Below the pieces are notes generated by a model that searched no databases, was not told the origin of the DNA, and worked only from the letters and a program-made list of their open reading frames with translations. Positions 19,351 to 28,332 of a DNA stretch of 64,000 bases are shown piece after piece. A program made the translations under genes and the position numbers. Every line of letters begins with the position of its first letter. Position 1 is the stretch's first letter. Source of the DNA: Candidatus Woesebacteria bacterium RIFCSPHIGHO2_02_FULL_42_20 (GTDB lineage: Bacteria; Patescibacteriota; Microgenomatia; UBA8517); assembly GCA_001792535.1 (NCBI GenBank), contig MGGS01000002.1, positions 7,155 through 71,154 on the forward strand, read 5' to 3'.

Positions 19351-20541
19351 ATGGCACAGCCACTGGCGGAAAAGTTAAGGCCCAACACTTTGGCTGATTT
19401 TGTCGGCCAAGAGCATTTGGTTGGTAAAAATGGGATTGTTAGAAAATTACTAACTAACCAACTGACCAATAACTATTTTCCGTCTCTGATTTTCTGGGGA
19501 CCGCCGGGGTCGGGCAAAACTACACTGGCCAGAATCGTCGCCAGTAAACTCAAGCGCGAGTTCTTCGAATTTTCCGCGGTAAACACCTCGGCTCGCGATA
19601 TAGAGAAAATAATCAAAAGCAACAGTCCAAAAACTATGAACTATGAACTAATAACCAAGAACTCTCCTATTGTCTTTATCGACGAAATCCACAGGTTCAA
19701 TAAAGCCCAGCAGGATAAACTCCTTCCTCATGTTGAACGTGGGAACATAATTCTAATCGGCGCGACAACCGAAAACCCGTCGTTTGAAGTCATCGGCCCA
19801 CTTTTATCTCGCACTAGAGTACTCGTTCTTAAAAGGTTGGAAGACAAGGAACTTGAAATTATTTTTAAGAAAGCGGTCAAATATTTAAAAATCAAAGTAG
19901 AGCCAAAGGCAAAAAGATTCTTAACCGACTCCTCAAACGGCGACGCGCGAGTTTTACTCAACGTCCTTGAAATTGCCAGCAACATCACTAAACACCATAC
20001 ACTAGTCACTAAACACGTCGAGGTTGCTTTGCAACGAAGACAACTAACTTTCGACCGCCGAGGCGAAGAATTCTACAATACGATAAGCGCATTTATTAAA
20101 AGTATGCGCGCTTCAAATGTTGATGCTGCACTTTATTACTTAGCCCGAATGGTTGAAGCCGGCCAAGACCCACTCTATATCGCCCGGCGAATGGTAGTAT
20201 TTGCCTCCGAAGATGTAGCCTCTCCTACCGCTTTGGTTGTTGCCAATGCAGTATTCCAAGCATGTCAGCAAATTGGTTACCCAGAGTGTCAGGAAAATTT
20301 AGCCGCAGGGGCAATCTATTTGGCAACAGCAAAAAAGGACAGGTCGGCTTATGACGCGTATATGAAAGCTTTGGGAGACGTCAAGAAAAATGGTAACCTG
20401 CCCATCCCGATGCAAATTTTGAATGCACCAACAAAGCTGATGAAAGTATTGGGCTATGGCAAAAGTTACGATAAATACACCAAAGAATCGTTACTACCAG
20501 AGAAGCTTAAAAACAAGAGATATTACCAAAAATCACTATGA
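19351..20541 (+). CDS. rarA: Replication-associated recombination protein RarA/MgsA
   Basis: PLAEKLRP, GPPGSGKT, FIDEIHRFNKAQQD, GATTENPSF, ISAFIKSMR. Confidence 0.97.
   Translation: MAQPLAEKLRPNTLADFVGQEHLVGKNGIVRKLLTNQLTNNYFPSLIFWGPPGSGKTTLARIVASKLKREFFEFSAVNTSARDIEKIIKSNSPKTMNYELITKNSPIVFIDEIHRFNKAQQDKLLPHVERGNIILIGATTENPSFEVIGPLLSRTRVLVLKRLEDKELEIIFKKAVKYLKIKVEPKAKRFLTDSSNGDARVLLNVLEIASNITKHHTLVTKHVEVALQRRQLTFDRRGEEFYNTISAFIKSMRASNVDAALYYLARMVEAGQDPLYIARRMVVFASEDVASPTALVVANAVFQACQQIGYPECQENLAAGAIYLATAKKDRSAYDAYMKALGDVKKNGNLPIPMQILNAPTKLMKVLGYGKSYDKYTKESLLPEKLKNKRYYQKSL
19632..19666. repeat. Heptamer array inside rarA
   Basis: aactatg-aactatg-aactaat-aaccaag-aactctc; encodes TMNYELITKNS. 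Confidence 0.75.
19986..20016. repeat. Second heptamer array inside rarA
   Basis: cactaaa-caccata-cactagt-cactaaa-cac; encodes TKHHTLVTKH. Confidence 0.75.
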
Positions 20542-21506
20542 AACTTAAAAAGCAAGCTACCATTGAAGTTAAGCCTACTTCTCCATTTAATTTTGATGCT
20601 ACATTCCATAAACCAGACCACTTTACCAGCGGGGATAACTACTGGGAAAAAGGAATAAGGTGGCAAACTTGGTTGTGGCAGAAAAAACCTCTAGGTTTAA
20701 AATTCAAAAATAACGGAAGTGTAAACAAACCACGTATCGATGTATCAATACATTACAACAAGATACTTTCTCAAAAATTTATAGACTTTTTAGTTGATGA
20801 AATAAAATACAGATACAATTTAGAACTTGAATTATCAGATTTCTACAAAAAATTTGAGGAAGATAAGGTTTTTAAACCAATTATTGAGAAATTATACGGA
20901 ATGAGACCAGGACACCCAAGTTCACTGTATGAATACCTAATAATCGGAATTGTTTTACAAAATGCAACAGTAAAAAGGTCGGTTCAAATGTTTAGAGCCT
21001 TACTTGAAAACTATGGTACAAAACTAGAGTATGACGGAAAGAGGCTTTGGTGTTTCTGGAAAGAGGGTGGGTTGTCAAAAACAACTGAACCGGAACTTAG
21101 AGATTTGAAAGTGGGTTATAGAGCCAAATCAATCAAAAAGACTGACGATTATTTTGCCCAGGGCGCGATTAACGAAATGGATTTAAGAAAAAAAGACAGA
21201 GAAACACAAATGACTGAGCTTTTAAAACTTTATGGAGTCGGACCTGCAACGGTGTGGTATTTACTTTTTGACGTCTTTCACCATTGGGACTTTTTCAATC
21301 ATGTTTCCCCTTGGGAGCAAAAAATCTACTCCAAAGTTTTCTTTAACAAAGATCCGGAAAACCCTGTGTCGGTTAAAAAACTACTCAAGCATTTTGGAAA
21401 ATTCGGCAAGTATAAACAACTAGCAGTTCACTACGTCTGGGAAGATCTATGGTGGACCCGTAAAAACAAACAAATCCCTTGGCTTGAGAAACTTATTCGA
21501 ACATAA
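20538..21506 (+). CDS. AlkA/Ogg-like HhH-GPD DNA glycosylase family protein
   Basis: YEYLIIGIVLQN, LRDLKVGYRAKSI, HhH motif LLKLYGVGPAT; ATGA overlap with rarA. Confidence 0.8.
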   Translation: MKLKKQATIEVKPTSPFNFDATFHKPDHFTSGDNYWEKGIRWQTWLWQKKPLGLKFKNNGSVNKPRIDVSIHYNKILSQKFIDFLVDEIKYRYNLELELSDFYKKFEEDKVFKPIIEKLYGMRPGHPSSLYEYLIIGIVLQNATVKRSVQMFRALLENYGTKLEYDGKRLWCFWKEGGLSKTTEPELRDLKVGYRAKSIKKTDDYFAQGAINEMDLRKKDRETQMTELLKLYGVGPATVWYLLFDVFHHWDFFNHVSPWEQKIYSKVFFNKDPENPVSVKKLLKHFGKFGKYKQLAVHYVWEDLWWTRKNKQIPWLEKLIRT

Positions 21507-21603
21507 GACAATTCAAATATATTTATAAAAAGTGTTGAAATCTGTGGGAGCAGAAGATATAAAAAGACTTAAAATTATTTGGTCGTATCCTCCGAAGTCT
21601 TGT

Positions 21604-21849
21604 TTACTGGTACAAGATGCATCGCACTCCTGACTTTCTGGTGCCGTTGGCTTTCATTCCGGTACATCTTTTGGCAAACTCTCCAATTTCGGTTCCTTCA
21701 TCTTTGTCCGGCCCGAGTGGGTCGGTTACCACAGCCGAACAAGTCGGGCAGACCCGACAAACATTTATTGTGTTAAACCTTGTACTTGCAAAAAGTTCTT
21801 GGATCCTCTCCATTCTCGTGCCTTGATTCATTTCTTTAGCCCTAGTCAT
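21604..21849 (-). CDS. Small Cys-containing hypothetical protein
   Basis: ATG preceded by GAGGGGG; CRVCPTC cluster. Confidence 0.35.
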   Translation of the reverse strand: MTRAKEMNQGTRMERIQELFASTRFNTINVCRVCPTCSAVVTDPLGPDKDEGTEIGEFAKRCTGMKANGTRKSGVRCILYQ

Positions 21850-21894
21850 ACCCCCTCGTTTATACTATATGGATATAATACTACATTTTCCACT

Positions 21895-23721
21895 CTATTG
21901 ATATCCCTTTGCCTGGATTGTAAAGAGCTCGTGGTAAAGCCCCCCGAGTTTCATAAGCTCGTCATGCGTTCCGCTCTCGGTGATTCTGCCTTTGTCCAAC
22001 ACAAAAATCCTGTCCGCGTATCGGACAGTAGAAAACCTTTGCGACACGAAAATAAGTATTTTGTCTTTAGTTTTCTTGAGAAGCTCTCTAAATATCTGTT
22101 CCTCAGCCTTAGGATCGACGTTACTTGTCGGTTCATCCATTATCAAAATATCGGCATTTTTACGAAATAACATTCTGGATATCCCAACTCTTTGCCATTG
22201 GCCGATTGAAAGATCCACTCCTTTGTCAAACTCCGGTGCCAGAGGGTGTTTATATTTAAGTGGCAGTGTTTCAATAAACTTATCAATCGTGGTTTTATGC
22301 GCCGCTTCTTTTATCTGACCTAACTTATTTACCCTTGAGATATCCCCATAACCGATTGACTCCTGGGCAGTAAAAGGATAACTTTCAAACTTCTGAAAAA
22401 GAATTGCAAGACGTCTGCGGTATGAACCAAGATTAAAATCTTTAAGATCGCTCCCAGCGACAACTATTTTCCCTTTTTCAGGATCATAGAACCTGGCTAA
22501 AAGTTTAATTAAAGTCGATTTACCCGCGCCGTTTTCGCCGACCAAAGCAATTTTTTCTCCGGGATTAACGTGCATATTAACTCCCTTTAAAATCCAATTT
22601 TTGCTTTTCGGATAGCGAAACCAGACATTTTTGGCCTCAAGAGAAAGCCGTTTATACGAGTAGGCGTTTTTGCCGGTTTTGGCTTTTTCATTTATCACAG
22701 GCTTAAGATTTAGAAACCAAATCAGATCAACGACATAAATATAATTTTCATAAATTTCCAAAACTGAATTGACCAGTCCTGTCAAGTTGCTTTCAGCTGA
22801 CCTGAGGGAACGGAGGTAAAGCTCGAAAGAGCCTATTGTAATTTTTTCTGTAATTACCAAAAAAATCAGCCAGACCGAAACAGCAAATTCATAGAAAGTA
22901 AGAGGCAGGAAAGTACCAAAATTAGACAACTCCCGTTTTTTGGACAGCTCCATTTGTTTATCTATGGTCTCGCTTTGAATACTTTTAAGCTTTTTAGTTA
23001 AATAGCCGGATATGCCAAGAATTTTAAGTTCCAAAAAATTTTTGTTACGGACCAAGTAATAGGTAAGCCAGCCCCACATACGGTATTTTGCCGAGAGTGC
23101 GGTTTCAAGCTCATACTCTTTTTTGATATACTTGCCGCTAACGAAAAATTGGGGAAGCGAAAAAACAAGCACACCCAAGGCAATTAATGGGTGAAGTAAA
23201 ATTAAAATGCCGACTACAGAAATAAAACCGATTAAATAATTTGAAATATCACTTAAAGGCATCATTAAGCCCCATGCGCGCCTCCCTGATTCTCTTTCGA
23301 TTTTTGTATATTTATTTTTGAAATCCGGGTCATCAATAGTTGCAATATCCAACTCGGTCATCTTTTTTGCCATCATAATCTCGAGCTCGGAGGCAAAGGT
23401 TTGGGACATTTTGCGACTTAGGAAGCCGTTTACCCGGCTTAAGACATTTCGAAAAAGTTCCAAAAGAAGCCTTAGAAAGATAATTCCGCCGATAAGATAC
23501 ATGGCTTGCCTCCAATTTGGGTCGCCAATTGAGGCAATTAGGTTATCAAGAATAAGCTTTTCCAGATAAAACCCGGGGGCGGTGGAAAATCCCCAAATGG
23601 CGTTTAAAATAAGAACTAGTACCAGAAATTTTCTGTTGGTTTTTGCAGCCAAGCGCACCACTTCACGAAAAACAAAAAACACCTGTCCAAAACGATCGAA
23701 GGTAATTCTTGGCTTCTGCAC
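21895..23721 (-). CDS. ABC exporter, fused TMD-NBD
   Basis: GENGAGKST, LSIGQWQR, ILIMDEPTS and N-terminal TM helices. Confidence 0.93.
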   Translation of the reverse strand: MQKPRITFDRFGQVFFVFREVVRLAAKTNRKFLVLVLILNAIWGFSTAPGFYLEKLILDNLIASIGDPNWRQAMYLIGGIIFLRLLLELFRNVLSRVNGFLSRKMSQTFASELEIMMAKKMTELDIATIDDPDFKNKYTKIERESGRRAWGLMMPLSDISNYLIGFISVVGILILLHPLIALGVLVFSLPQFFVSGKYIKKEYELETALSAKYRMWGWLTYYLVRNKNFLELKILGISGYLTKKLKSIQSETIDKQMELSKKRELSNFGTFLPLTFYEFAVSVWLIFLVITEKITIGSFELYLRSLRSAESNLTGLVNSVLEIYENYIYVVDLIWFLNLKPVINEKAKTGKNAYSYKRLSLEAKNVWFRYPKSKNWILKGVNMHVNPGEKIALVGENGAGKSTLIKLLARFYDPEKGKIVVAGSDLKDFNLGSYRRRLAILFQKFESYPFTAQESIGYGDISRVNKLGQIKEAAHKTTIDKFIETLPLKYKHPLAPEFDKGVDLSIGQWQRVGISRMLFRKNADILIMDEPTSNVDPKAEEQIFRELLKKTKDKILIFVSQRFSTVRYADRIFVLDKGRITESGTHDELMKLGGLYHELFTIQAKGYQ

Positions 23722-23728
23722 TTTCTTA

Positions 23729-24159
23729 TTATAAACTTAATGAAGCTAAATAGTCAGTTACTATTTAGTTGTGGTCAAAAGCAAGAGGTGGAATTTCTTT
23801 CAAATCAAACCATTTTATCTCTGAAACATCATCACTTGGGTGAGGGACACCATTAACCTCAACTCTATAAACAACAGTTATCACCTGTTTCTCGTGTCTT
23901 TTGGGGTCTCAATATACATTAAAAAGCTGGAGAGCTTTCACACTAAGACCTGTTTCCTCTTTTAGTTCTCTTCTTACAGCGTCTTCAGGCGACTCACCCC
24001 ACTCGACATAGCCACCAAAAATTCCCCAGTACGCGCCGAAGGGGTCATATTTTCTTTTCCCAAGAAGTATTTTCCGCCCTTGATAATTAGACAGTCTATG
24101 GAAATGCCACGATTGTTAAATCTGCCACAATGTGGGCAGGGCTCACTTCTTGATAACAT
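23729..24159 (-). pseudogene. NUDIX hydrolase pseudogene
   Basis: CPHC...IIKGGK, then a frameshift at 24070-24073, then ILLGKR...GGYVEWGESPEDAVRRELKEETGL...NVY*DPKR...LAFDHN*; stops at 23909-23911 and 23765-23767. Confidence 0.85.
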
Positions 24160-25378
24160 CTTTTCCAATCCACTTTCTCAACACTTCCGGGACAACGACC
24201 GATCCGTCTTTTTGCTGGTAGTTTTCGAGAATTGCCAAGGGCGTTCTGGAAGTAGCGATAGCCGTCCCATTGAGCATGTGGACATAATCAGTTTTTCCGT
24301 CTTTGGTCCGATATTTAATATTTAAGTTTCTGGCCTGATAGTCTGTGCAATTTGACGTTGAAGTTACTTCGCCATAATCATCCCGGCTCGGCATCCAAGC
24401 CTCAATGTCAAATTTCCTGGCAGCCATTGCGCCCAAATCCCCCGTGCACATCTCCAAAACCCGGTAAGGCAGCCCCAGCTCTTGATAAATTTCCTCTTCC
24501 ATCTTTAGTAAATACTCATGCATTTTATTGGATTCTTCAGGGATGCAGTAAATAAACATTTCGGCTTTTGTAAATTGGTGGACTCGGTAAATTCCTTTTG
24601 AGTATTTGCCATACGCCCCCGCTTCTTTCCTAAAACAATGAGAGTAGCCGATATATTTTAATGGTAATTTGTCTTCGGGGATAACTTCGTCAGCGTGCTT
24701 GCCAGCCAGGGTCACTTCTGCCGTGGCAATAAGCCCCAAGTCCTCATCTTTAATTTCATATGTTTGGGCCTCGTCACCTTTGGGCATATAGCCTGTGCCA
24801 AGGTAATACCTTGATTTAGCCAAATCGGGCGTGATTACTGGCAAAAAACCTTCTTTGGTAAGTTTATCAAAGGCGTAGTGAATTAATGCAAGTTCCATTA
24901 AAGCCCCGTCGCCGTATAAATAATAAAACTGCGAGCCAGCGACCTTCGCACCTGTTTCAAAGTCCAAAATTCCTAAAGCTTTTCCGAGTTCCAAGTGATC
25001 TTTAGGTGCAAAGTTAAATTTTTTTGGTTCTCCCCATTTTCTGACTTCAACGTTGTCTTTTTCGTCTTTGCCAACAGGAACCATGTCCAAAGCTGGATTG
25101 GGAATTAAGTTTAAAGCATTAAAATAGTTCTTTTCGGCTTTATCGAGTTCTGGTTCCTTTTTTTTAAGCTCCTCTTTAACTTGCTTACCGGCTACAATGT
25201 TTTTTGATTTTGCAATTTCATTCCTCTCTGCTCTCAAAGTTTCAATTTCGCCAATAAGTTTTCTGCGCCTTTCATCGATCTCAAGGAGTTTGTCTACCAA
25301 CGAAGGATCCATTTGTTTATCTTTAACTGCCTTTTTAAACTTTCCTGGATCTTCTCTAAGTAATTGAATATTAATCAC
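24143..25378 (-). CDS. serS: Seryl-tRNA synthetase
   Basis: LIATAE, CFRKEAG, RVHQF, SNCTDYQAR, HMLNGT. Confidence 0.98.
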   Translation of the reverse strand: MINIQLLREDPGKFKKAVKDKQMDPSLVDKLLEIDERRRKLIGEIETLRAERNEIAKSKNIVAGKQVKEELKKKEPELDKAEKNYFNALNLIPNPALDMVPVGKDEKDNVEVRKWGEPKKFNFAPKDHLELGKALGILDFETGAKVAGSQFYYLYGDGALMELALIHYAFDKLTKEGFLPVITPDLAKSRYYLGTGYMPKGDEAQTYEIKDEDLGLIATAEVTLAGKHADEVIPEDKLPLKYIGYSHCFRKEAGAYGKYSKGIYRVHQFTKAEMFIYCIPEESNKMHEYLLKMEEEIYQELGLPYRVLEMCTGDLGAMAARKFDIEAWMPSRDDYGEVTSTSNCTDYQARNLNIKYRTKDGKTDYVHMLNGTAIATSRTPLAILENYQQKDGSVVVPEVLRKWIGKDVIKK

Positions 25379-25576
25379 GTTTTGATTATACCTTACAATG
25401 CATGCTTATTAATATTCTCTCGTAAACTTTCCAATTTGAAGGGGGTTCTTAATATTTACTGTTATGCAAGTACAAGTTCAGATTGCTACTTCGGGATCAG
25501 CGCTTTTTCCTATTTCCTATTGTGCGATTTAACAATATTGAAGATAAAAATGTATAATAATACCCATACCGGAATT

Positions 25577-26128
25577 ATGAGTAAAGATTTATTCGCACTT
25601 TTTCGTGAGGTAGGGAGATTAAAAAGGATTAAAAGAACAGGTTGGGTGTTAAAAGGTATCAAAGATTCAGAAAGCGTCGCCGACCATGTCTTTAGAACCG
25701 CATTTATGTGTATGGTACTGGGAAGAAAACGAAAGCTTGATTTAATCAAGTTGGTCAATATGGCTTTGATACACGATCTTGGTGAGACAGCGACCTCCGA
25801 TATCAGATACGAAGAAGGCAAAAGAATTTTCGCATCGAAAGATGCTAAAGAAAAAATTGAGGAGGACGTTTTACAGATGGTCCTTCCTTCAACCGGTGAA
25901 AAAGATTATTACCTTTCCTTATTTTATGAATTTCGTGATCAGACATCTGATGAGGCACGATTCTTGAAGGAAGTCGAAAAGCTTGAAATGGCACTTCAAG
26001 CTTTGGAGTATCAAGAATTTGGCGTAAAGCCAAAACTCATGGATGAATTTTTTGAAAATGCCGCAAAATATATAAAAGATAAAGAAATTAAAAAGATGTT
26101 TGAAAAAGTTCGCTCATTCAGAAGTTAA
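25577..26128 (+). CDS. HD-domain 5'-deoxynucleotidase (YfbR/HDDC2-like)
   Basis: LKRIKRTGW, ESVADH, ALIHDLGE, KLEMALQALEY; start reassigned to ATG 25577. Confidence 0.88.
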   Translation: MSKDLFALFREVGRLKRIKRTGWVLKGIKDSESVADHVFRTAFMCMVLGRKRKLDLIKLVNMALIHDLGETATSDIRYEEGKRIFASKDAKEKIEEDVLQMVLPSTGEKDYYLSLFYEFRDQTSDEARFLKEVEKLEMALQALEYQEFGVKPKLMDEFFENAAKYIKDKEIKKMFEKVRSFRS

Positions 26129-26133
26129 GGTCT

Positions 26134-26712
26134 TTATAATCCCAAATCATTTGCAATTTCCTGCATTGCTTTTAGAGCTATCCCGATAAAGTCGGGAAGT
26201 TTTATCCCAAGCTTCTCCTCACACATCTCAATTTGTTTTCTGTCCACCCCTTTTGCAAACTCTTTGTGGGACCACTTTTTGATAACTGATTCAACAGTAA
26301 CCGACGACAGTTTTTTATCAGGCCGAACAAGTGCGACAGCGATGATAAAGCCGGTCAATTCGTCACAACAATAAAGTGCCCACTGCATGGTGGTCTTGGG
26401 AAGTTTACCTTGATGAAACCAGCCGTGGGACTCTATCCCAGTCAAAACTTCCTCATTTGTCTCCCCTGCCTCGGCCGCCCATTGCGCCATGAGTTTTGCA
26501 TGCTTTTCAGGATGCTCCTTGGTGAATTCATAGTCTCCGTCATGGAGTAGGCCTACTATTCCCCATGCTTCGACAAGCTCAGCACTTGCAGTTTTGCCTT
26601 CCAGTTTTTTTGCCAAAGCCCGCATTACAGTTTCCACAGCATAACAATGCTTGCGCAAGTTCGGTGATTGCATTTTGGAATGCAGTAAATCTAAAGCTTT
26701 TTCTCTTGTCAT
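26134..26712 (-). CDS. HD-superfamily (HDIG-type) hydrolase
   Basis: LRKHCYAVE, GLLHDGDYE, DELTGFI, FAKGVDR. Confidence 0.88.
   Translation of the reverse strand: MTREKALDLLHSKMQSPNLRKHCYAVETVMRALAKKLEGKTASAELVEAWGIVGLLHDGDYEFTKEHPEKHAKLMAQWAAEAGETNEEVLTGIESHGWFHQGKLPKTTMQWALYCCDELTGFIIAVALVRPDKKLSSVTVESVIKKWSHKEFAKGVDRKQIEMCEEKLGIKLPDFIGIALKAMQEIANDLGL
26566..26584. repeat. REP-like palindrome in frame within the HD hydrolase gene
   Basis: TGCTTCGACAAGCTCAGCA; read as (S)AELVEA on the coding strand. Confidence 0.65.
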
Positions 26713-28277
26713 TTTTGGTTTGATGTCAGGCGCCCTATTATATCTTTTTTAGGAAATTTTTTAAGTAACCAACCGGCCCTTGGACCATGGTCTTTATCAA
26801 GAACCACGGTATACAAAGCCTTGAAAGCATCTTTTGTATTGATATCAATTTTTTTGATTAACCTAAAAATTTCGCTTTGAAGATTTTCGGGCTCCGAAAC
26901 TTTTTGCCAAATATTTCCCAGATCGTTCAAAAAACGCCATTGTATTTCCGACAAATTTAAATCATCCACAGATTTAATCGATATCTGATATTTATATTCA
27001 TCAGGTGCATATTTACTAAGCCAAATAAAAACATAAGTCAATCTATCATATAAGTCTTTTATTTCAATATCTGTTAACTTAGATCCTTTTATCTCCTCGA
27101 AACGTTTCTCAAGTTTTATATTTGGAAGTTGAGAGTAATTAGCAATATCGCGAAAACGCGGAAGAAAATGCATTTTGGGCTGCTTACTACTCACTTGAGA
27201 CACTTCAAAAATTCGCGCGTTAACTGTACCTTTATTATCCCAGTATTCCCCGGCACATTTATCATACTCGTCAAAAAGATTTGGAATCGTCATACCGAAA
27301 GGGTCAAAGTCTATTTGTTTGCTGAATTTGACCCGGGAGATCATAAAGCGAACAAGGTATGGTGGAATAATTTCGGATACCTCTAGCGCTGAGCTTCCGA
27401 AACCTTTAGATGAACTCATTTTGCGGCCGCCGACTAAGAAGAATTCATGGGAAAACGCGTAGGGGACAGGGTAATTCAATACATTTTTGCACATCAGCTT
27501 TGCAAAGTCGTGGCTGCTGCCGGCACTCATATGGTCTTTGCCCGCGCCTTCAATAGTTACACCGATTACGTTCCATTTACACGGCCACTCTACCTTCCAG
27601 GGAAGTTTTCCTGCAAAATAATTATTAGAACTAAAAGGTGAAGCTTTGCCTTTATTGCCGCATCCTTTCGTCCATTCAAGGCCGTCAATTTTGCACTCGT
27701 AAGTTACTTTTTCTCCATCCCACGCGGTTACTGTAGTCGTTGAGATTTTGTTGCACTTCCCGCAACGCGGACTAAACGGGTACCAGTCTTTGGGACGCTC
27801 CTTTTTATAAAATTTTTTATATATTTTTCGAATCTCGCTCGCTTTATCTAAACACAATTGGACAGCATTGTTCATTTTCCCCGACATGTATAGCTCGCTT
27901 CCCCAAATAATTTTTGGGTGGACACCGATTTTATTGAATATTTCGATATATTCTTCTCCCCAACGCCTGCCGTAAGACTTATAACCCGGCTCAGGGGAAG
28001 GGATCATAAACAAAGGTTTACCCATTTCCTGACGATATTTCTCCTGATCTACATAAATAGGGAGCCCGTCCATCGGATCATGATCTTCCAAAACATAAGT
28101 AAAAGTTACTTTTTTACCCAGATCAAAAAGGGCACGCCGAATAAGGTCATGAGTGACAACTGCGCGAACAGAGCCGATATGCACTCTGCCCGACGGCGTT
28201 TTCATGTCGTCAACCCAATAGGGTAGATGTTGTTTGGAGTCAATTATTTCATTTGCTATTTTATCCGCCCAATACAT
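26709..28277 (-). CDS. lysS: Lysyl-tRNA synthetase, class I
   Basis: TPSGRVHIG (HIGH-like), KLPWKVEWP, EGAGKDH, KMSSSKG, HGPRAG. Confidence 0.96.
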   Translation of the reverse strand: MYWADKIANEIIDSKQHLPYWVDDMKTPSGRVHIGSVRAVVTHDLIRRALFDLGKKVTFTYVLEDHDPMDGLPIYVDQEKYRQEMGKPLFMIPSPEPGYKSYGRRWGEEYIEIFNKIGVHPKIIWGSELYMSGKMNNAVQLCLDKASEIRKIYKKFYKKERPKDWYPFSPRCGKCNKISTTTVTAWDGEKVTYECKIDGLEWTKGCGNKGKASPFSSNNYFAGKLPWKVEWPCKWNVIGVTIEGAGKDHMSAGSSHDFAKLMCKNVLNYPVPYAFSHEFFLVGGRKMSSSKGFGSSALEVSEIIPPYLVRFMISRVKFSKQIDFDPFGMTIPNLFDEYDKCAGEYWDNKGTVNARIFEVSQVSSKQPKMHFLPRFRDIANYSQLPNIKLEKRFEEIKGSKLTDIEIKDLYDRLTYVFIWLSKYAPDEYKYQISIKSVDDLNLSEIQWRFLNDLGNIWQKVSEPENLQSEIFRLIKKIDINTKDAFKALYTVVLDKDHGPRAGWLLKKFPKKDIIGRLTSNQK

Positions 28278-28291
28278 AACTTGATTATACT

Positions 28292-28315
28292 AAAAAACCC
28301 CGCTTTTGCGGGGTT
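28292..28315 (-). terminator. Intrinsic terminator after greA
   Basis: AACCCCGC-AAAA-GCGGGGTT followed by a T-run on the minus strand; the lysS TATAAT follows immediately. Confidence 0.85.
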
Positions 28316-28332
28316 AAAGTTTTTTAAACTTA

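Noticed and set aside
13895-20016. Short tandem repeats as a CRISPR array
   Set aside because: Units are 7-8 nt with no spacers and no cas genes.
17841-23911. TGA recoding (code 25 or selenocysteine) suggested by two in-frame TGAs
   Set aside because: TGA ends murJ, hrcA, secA, serS and lysS at expected C-termini, and the NUDIX gene has additional frameshift and TAA lesions.
25391-25550. Intergenic stretch between serS and the HD gene as a possible T-box or ncRNA
   Set aside because: No T-box motif or convincing stems, and the serS -10 box sits 6 nt from its start.
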